Positions 36,259 to 40,456 of a DNA stretch of 40,456 nucleotides are shown piece after piece. Source of the stretch: Rickettsiales bacterium (GTDB lineage: Bacteria > Pseudomonadota > Alphaproteobacteria > Rickettsiales > UBA1997); contig JAOFKK010000001.1 in NCBI GenBank assembly GCA_028040005.1, positions 1-40,456 on the forward strand, in the 5' to 3' direction. Position 1 is the first letter of the stretch; the number at the start of each line of letters is the position of its first letter. The notes beneath the pieces are model-generated. The model had not been told where the DNA came from, made no database searches, and saw only the letters and a program-made list of their open reading frames with translations. Both the position numbers and the translations under genes were made by a program.

Positions 36259-36509
36259 AATATTTGCCTTTAGCGATTAATTTGTAGAAAAATATTGAAA
36301 ATAGAATAGGAGAGAAATGGGTAGAAAACAAGAGAAAATGAAAAATTGCTGCAGAAGAGTTATTTTTGGAACATACTTAAAGCAAATTTAACAAATTTAT
36401 TAGTTGCATTTTCTTTCATTATTTTTCTTGTCTAATATTATATTAAATATAAAATTACAACCGCTTATATGGCTAAATTTAATTTATAATTAATTAACGG
36501 AATATTACT

Positions 36510-36833
36510 ATGAAAAAGACAATTATTATCATATTAGCAGCTTTAGTTTTAATTGCCGCTGGCTTCTTGTTTTATGGGTTCGCAGATAATAGCACCATGC
36601 CGCATTTGAATGATAATGAAGAAGAGGTAATTGATGGAAATAATCTTGATAATAAAGCTGAGAAAGATTCTCAAAATGATTCTGAGGTCAATAAAAATGA
36701 TACAGAAAATAGTGAATCCGAGGAAGTTGATTCTGATGATAGTCAGGAGGATGAAAATAGCAATGAAAGTGAAACTAATGATAAATCAGATTATGATACA
36801 TATGATGATAGTGAGGAACAAACTAAGGAGTAG
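36510..36833 (+). CDS. Secreted or membrane-anchored, extremely acidic D/E/N/S-rich protein (107 aa)
   Basis: N-terminal hydrophobic segment MKKTIIIILAALVLIAAGFLFYGF, then about 80 residues that are almost entirely D, E, N, S, T and K. Confidence 0.6.
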   Translation: MKKTIIIILAALVLIAAGFLFYGFADNSTMPHLNDNEEEVIDGNNLDNKAEKDSQNDSEVNKNDTENSESEEVDSDDSQEDENSNESETNDKSDYDTYDDSEEQTKE

Positions 36834-36958
36834 AATATTAAAAAATATTTAAATCTTTAATTGTAGCTAATCCAGAAAGAATTGATTTTGATAAAATTGA
36901 AGTCAGGTCAACTAGATTAGATTTTTAAGTGTAATATTAACTTTTTAATAAATTTATT

Positions 36959-37198
36959 ATGAAAAAAATTAGCTCTTTTTTACTTTTAATTTCTGCTTTT
37001 ATTATAATTAGCTCTGCATCTTCTATGGCCGCAGAAAATGACAATTTGAATGATTATGGTGATAACGAGACTCATTATGACGATAGCGATACCTATGATA
37101 ACTCTAATGATACTTATGAAGATAATACAGAGTTAGAAGATGTTGAATCAAGCAATTCTGAAGTTGAAGAGGAAAGCGAATATGATGAAGAAGAATAA
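36959..37198 (+). CDS. Secreted, extremely acidic D/E/N/S/T/Y-rich protein (79 aa)
   Basis: Signal peptide MKKISSFLLLISAFIIISSASSMA, then an acidic region with repeated D-x-Y-D-like motifs, ending EYDEEE. Confidence 0.6.
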   Translation: MKKISSFLLLISAFIIISSASSMAAENDNLNDYGDNETHYDDSDTYDNSNDTYEDNTELEDVESSNSEVEEESEYDEEE

Positions 37199-37241
37199 TT
37201 CTCTTTGTCATATTTTATCGAAATTCTAATTCTTTAAAAAT

Positions 37242-39119
37242 ATGAAGAAGATACTTTATACCCAAAAAACTTTAGGTCCTGTCTCAGATTTAGAGCGCCA
37301 CTTACCAGCAGAGTGGTGGAAAACATTATTTAATTCTCTTTATCTTAAAACAGATGGAGATGTGGTTGAAAATAATATTAATACTGAATTTGAGGTAGAC
37401 CTTCTGATTGGTAAGCTGGATCTAAAAAAAGAAGATAATATTCTTGATTTATGCTGTGGTCAAGGAAGGCATTCTTTGGAGCTGGGTATGCGTGGTTTTA
37501 ATAATGTCTCTGGAATTGATCGATCTCGATATCTTATAAGATTGGCGCGCAAAAGAGCTCAGAAAAATGGTTTATTCATGCGTTTTTCTGAAGGAGATGC
37601 TCGTAAAATAAGGCTGCAAAGCGATACCCATGACTGCGTTTATTTAATGGGTAATTCTTTTGGTTATTTCGAGCAAGAAGATGATGATGCTAATGTATTA
37701 AAATCAATAAAAAGAATTCTTAAATCAAATGGCAAATTAGCTCTTGATATCACTAATGGAGAATTTTTGCGTAACAACTTTGAGTCTCGTTCATGGGAGT
37801 GGATAGATCAAAATCAGTTTGTATGCCGTGAGCGCTCCCTTTCTGCTGATAAAGAAAGAATTATATCTCGTGAAGTTATTGTGCATGCAGAAAAAGGAGT
37901 GATAACCGACCAATTTTACGCTGAAAGACTTTATGATGAAAATCAGATTAAATCTTTATTGAAAAAAGTTGGATTCGAAAATATTTCTGTAGAAAAAGAC
38001 AACATAATTGCCAGCTCAACCAGAGGTCATGATTTAGGTATGATGGCAAATAGGTTATTTATTACAGCTAAAGCTCCTGAGAAAATTATTCAACAAAAAA
38101 TAACCGCTAAAAAGCAAGAAGTTTTGGTACTTCTTGGAGATCATACCTTGTCAGACACAATAAAGAAAAACGGAACTTTTAATGAAGAGGATATTGTCAC
38201 CATCGACAAACTGAAGGATAATTTGTCTTTACTGCCAAATCATAATTTTCAATATTTTGGCAATCATCAAAATTTACTCAAATATTTTCAAAATAACAGC
38301 CCTCAATTTGTATTTAATTTATGTGATGAGGGATTTAAAAACGATGCTAATATGGAATTACATATTACAGCGATTTTGGAAATGTTTGGCATTCCTTACA
38401 GTGGAAGCGGCCCATCTACTCTTGCTCTTTGTTACAATAAATCAATTGTTCGAGCGATTGCTAGTGATTTAGATATAGCAGTTCCTCAAGAAGCTTATTA
38501 TGGTGACATGGATCAAGCAGCATCCTTGGCATCAATATTTCCAGCTCTCTTAAAACCAAATTTTGGTGATAGCTCTATTGGCATCACTACTGGGGCAGTA
38601 GTTCATAACTCTAAGGAATTTATGAGCTATCTAGATAAACTGAAAAAAGAGTTTCCCAAAACTCCAATATTAATCCAAGAATTTTTGGAAGGCAATGAGT
38701 ATAGCGTTGGTATTGTTGGCAATCCAGGAAATTACCAAATACTTCCAATTTTAGAGGTTGATTATAGTAATTTACCAAAAGATTTACCAAAAATATTGGG
38801 TTATGAGTCAAAATGGCTACCAGAATCTCCTTATTGGAAAAATATCAGCTATAAAGAATCTGCTATTGGCGAAGAAGATAGGCGCCAACTAATAGATTAT
38901 TCAACAAAGCTTTTTGAGCGAACAGGTTGTCGTGATTATGCCAGATTTGATTTTCGTGCTGATAAAGATGGTGTAATTAAGCTTCTAGAAGTTAACCCTA
39001 ATCCTGGATGGTGCTGGGATGGTAAGTTAAATATTATGGCTGGATTTCAAAACACATCTTATAAAGAATTGCTAGAGATGATTCTAAGGGCAGCAAAAGA
39101 AAGGCTAGGATTAGTTTAG
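37242..39119 (+). CDS. Fusion protein: N-terminal class I SAM-dependent methyltransferase plus C-terminal ATP-grasp (D-Ala-D-Ala-ligase-like) domain
   Basis: SAM motif I ILDLCCGQGRHSLEL and post-I/II GDARKI..., VYLMGNSFGY. The ATP-grasp part has ALLKPNFGDSSIGI, ILIQEFLEGNEYSVGIVGN and RFDFRADKDGVIKLLEVNPNPG. Confidence 0.8.
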   Translation: MKKILYTQKTLGPVSDLERHLPAEWWKTLFNSLYLKTDGDVVENNINTEFEVDLLIGKLDLKKEDNILDLCCGQGRHSLELGMRGFNNVSGIDRSRYLIRLARKRAQKNGLFMRFSEGDARKIRLQSDTHDCVYLMGNSFGYFEQEDDDANVLKSIKRILKSNGKLALDITNGEFLRNNFESRSWEWIDQNQFVCRERSLSADKERIISREVIVHAEKGVITDQFYAERLYDENQIKSLLKKVGFENISVEKDNIIASSTRGHDLGMMANRLFITAKAPEKIIQQKITAKKQEVLVLLGDHTLSDTIKKNGTFNEEDIVTIDKLKDNLSLLPNHNFQYFGNHQNLLKYFQNNSPQFVFNLCDEGFKNDANMELHITAILEMFGIPYSGSGPSTLALCYNKSIVRAIASDLDIAVPQEAYYGDMDQAASLASIFPALLKPNFGDSSIGITTGAVVHNSKEFMSYLDKLKKEFPKTPILIQEFLEGNEYSVGIVGNPGNYQILPILEVDYSNLPKDLPKILGYESKWLPESPYWKNISYKESAIGEEDRRQLIDYSTKLFERTGCRDYARFDFRADKDGVIKLLEVNPNPGWCWDGKLNIMAGFQNTSYKELLEMILRAAKERLGLV

Positions 39120-39122
39120 TGT

Positions 39123-40031
39123 ATGTCAGACGATAATCATAATATTCGCTCAATTGAAAGTATTGGATGGTTTATACTCCATTGTTTGCTTTTTTCTCTA
39201 ATTTCAGTATTGACAAAATATGTCATGAAAACTGGTATCTCCATTGTAGAGATTATTGCTTTTCAAACATTTTTTACTTTTATATTTTTAACAATCATCA
39301 AGAAGGGTACATTTAAAATATTACCTACAAAAAGAATATTATTTCTTCATGCTGTTCGTGCATTTCTTTGGTTAATCGCTACTGCCATATTCTTTAAAAG
39401 TCTTAACCACATATCACTTCCAAAAGCCACATCACTCAGTTTTTCTACTCCATTATTTACCATAATTTTTGCAATTATTATCTTAAAGGAAGTAATGCAT
39501 AAACATTATATTATTCCATTATTTTTGGGATTTATAGGAATGTTGGTGATTTTACGCCCAGGATTTGATGGGTATGACTCTGAATCATTACTAGTTTTAG
39601 TGGCTTGTATTTTGTGGTCAATTACCGACATCATAATAAAGCATCTGTGCGCGTCCCATGAAAATGCAAATATAACATGGTTCTTTACTGGCTTTAGTTT
39701 TTTAATGATTCTTCCAATATTGCCACAATTCTGGACAACTCCAAATATAATGCAATTTGGAATTATGATGGCAATAGCAGTATTATTTTTACTAAATATA
39801 TTATCGCTAACTAATGCCTATAAGCTTGGTAGTATGACCGTTATGCAGCCATTTGCTTTTACAAACTTAATTTTTGTAGCAATTTTATCATATTTTGTAT
39901 TTGATGAAATGATTGTAACTCCAACCATTATTGGAAGTGTTATAATTATTATGAGTACAAGTTTTATTGCTTATAATGAGCGTAAAAAATATCAAAAATG
40001 GTTATCTTATAAAATTGGTAGTGATTTTTGA
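39123..40031 (+). CDS. EamA/DMT-superfamily transporter
   Basis: About 10 TM segments. It starts 3 nt after the fusion gene's stop. Confidence 0.75.
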   Translation: MSDDNHNIRSIESIGWFILHCLLFSLISVLTKYVMKTGISIVEIIAFQTFFTFIFLTIIKKGTFKILPTKRILFLHAVRAFLWLIATAIFFKSLNHISLPKATSLSFSTPLFTIIFAIIILKEVMHKHYIIPLFLGFIGMLVILRPGFDGYDSESLLVLVACILWSITDIIIKHLCASHENANITWFFTGFSFLMILPILPQFWTTPNIMQFGIMMAIAVLFLLNILSLTNAYKLGSMTVMQPFAFTNLIFVAILSYFVFDEMIVTPTIIGSVIIIMSTSFIAYNERKKYQKWLSYKIGSDF

Positions 40032-40041
40032 TGATCGTAGT

Positions 40042-40456
40042 TTAAACTTTTAATTGAAATTCTGTCCATTTACCAATTTCAGATCTGCAAATAATATCGC
40101 CCTCAAAAGCGGTCATTATTCTTTTGCAAAATGGCAACCCCAAGCCAGTTCCATCTTTTTTACCAGAGGTAAAGAAGCTTTCAAAAATTAATGCCAATTT
40201 ATCCTTTTCAATTCCAGGGCCGTAATCTTTAAAATACAGATAATTGCCATCTGGTTTTGCTTCGGTTCTAATTTTAATTTTTGATTTATAATAAAGGGAG
40301 TTTTTAAGCAGATTAAAAATAACAAAAATCATCATATTTTCATCACCCCTAAAAATGAAGTCATCTTCTAAATCTAGATTAATCAGATTTTTTTCTTCCT
40401 GATTCTTGTAAGAATATTGCTTAATTGCCTTTTTGACTGTATCAGAAATCGATAGA
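40042..40456 (-). CDS. Sensor histidine kinase, C-terminal HATPase_c part; the 5' end runs off the right edge
   Basis: N box FNLLKNS, G1 DYGPGI, G2 GTGLGL. The frame stays open upstream of the track's ATG (40335) to the window end (hand check). Confidence 0.85.
   Translation of the reverse strand, partial: LSISDTVKKAIKQYSYKNQEEKNLINLDLEDDFIFRGDENMMIFVIFNLLKNSLYYKSKIKIRTEAKPDGNYLYFKDYGPGIEKDKLALIFESFFTSGKKDGTGLGLPFCKRIMTAFEGDIICRSEIGKWTEFQLKV

Noticed and set aside
25936-36343. Island as an active integrative element at tRNA-Ser
   Set aside because: No integrase, recombinase or conjugation gene is present, and I found no copy of the tRNA-Ser 3' end at the distal boundary (36259-36509). Only the location and the neighbouring tRNA-fragment repeats suggest past integration.
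36631-36852. 73-aa alternative-frame ORF overlapping the acidic protein gene
   Set aside because: It is the out-of-frame reading of a GA/AT-rich low-complexity region. It has no signal peptide and gives an implausible M/I/K-rich product.
5371-38811. Remaining short nested or antisense ORFs in the track (for example 5371..5613, 6942..7169, 7584..7772, 8518..8703, 10057..10323, 10259..10441, 11080..11298, 13971..14171, 17879..18118, 18367..18555, 20924..21112, 21335..21571, 21928..22110, 23746..23949, 23871..24089, 28534..28761, 31246..31677, 32694..32894, 33105..33296, 33414..33596, 38257..38472, 38620..38811)
   Set aside because: Each lies entirely or almost entirely inside, or antisense to, a longer ORF with clear family motifs (20924..21112 and 32694..32894 also extend a few nt to ~45 nt into the neighbouring ORF), and has no recognisable motifs of its own.

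Overview
This is a very AT-rich bacterial chromosome segment. The core genes are ruvB, ruvA, trmD, folD, metE, a tyrA-like gene, an ABC ATPase, an IMPase-family gene, a pilT-like ATPase and an isolated virB8/virB9 pair. That content is compatible with an intracellular alphaproteobacterium, but this is inference only. Three accessory zones stand out.

(1) 2.3-4.8 kb: an excisionase-type HTH gene is followed by a type I hsdM gene cut off by an intact-looking IS3-family element. The IS abuts a 3' fragment of an IS256-family transposase gene.

(2) 13.5-16.0 kb: two orphan minus-strand genes flank tRNA-Val. They carry G7 and G8 homopolymer tracts, and the G8 tract breaks the reading frame just after the start codon. 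One gene has a G+C-rich, low-complexity tail.

(3) 25.1-36.3 kb: a tRNA-Tyr/tRNA-Ser hotspot carries tRNA-fragment repeats. It is followed by a tightly coupled minus-strand operon: HTH, PLD-like/SNF2 helicase, DUF4391-like protein, type III-like Mod methyltransferase, nested HEPN/MNT pair, type III Res helicase-nuclease, and a 107-aa ORF. I consider this operon the best candidate for an uncharacterised composite defence system.

A second candidate lies at 36.5-40.0 kb: two extremely acidic secreted small proteins, a methyltransferase/ATP-grasp fusion and an EamA exporter.

No CRISPR array, rRNA gene, integrase or prophage structural genes were seen. All motif calls come from reading the translations by eye, and no database search was run.
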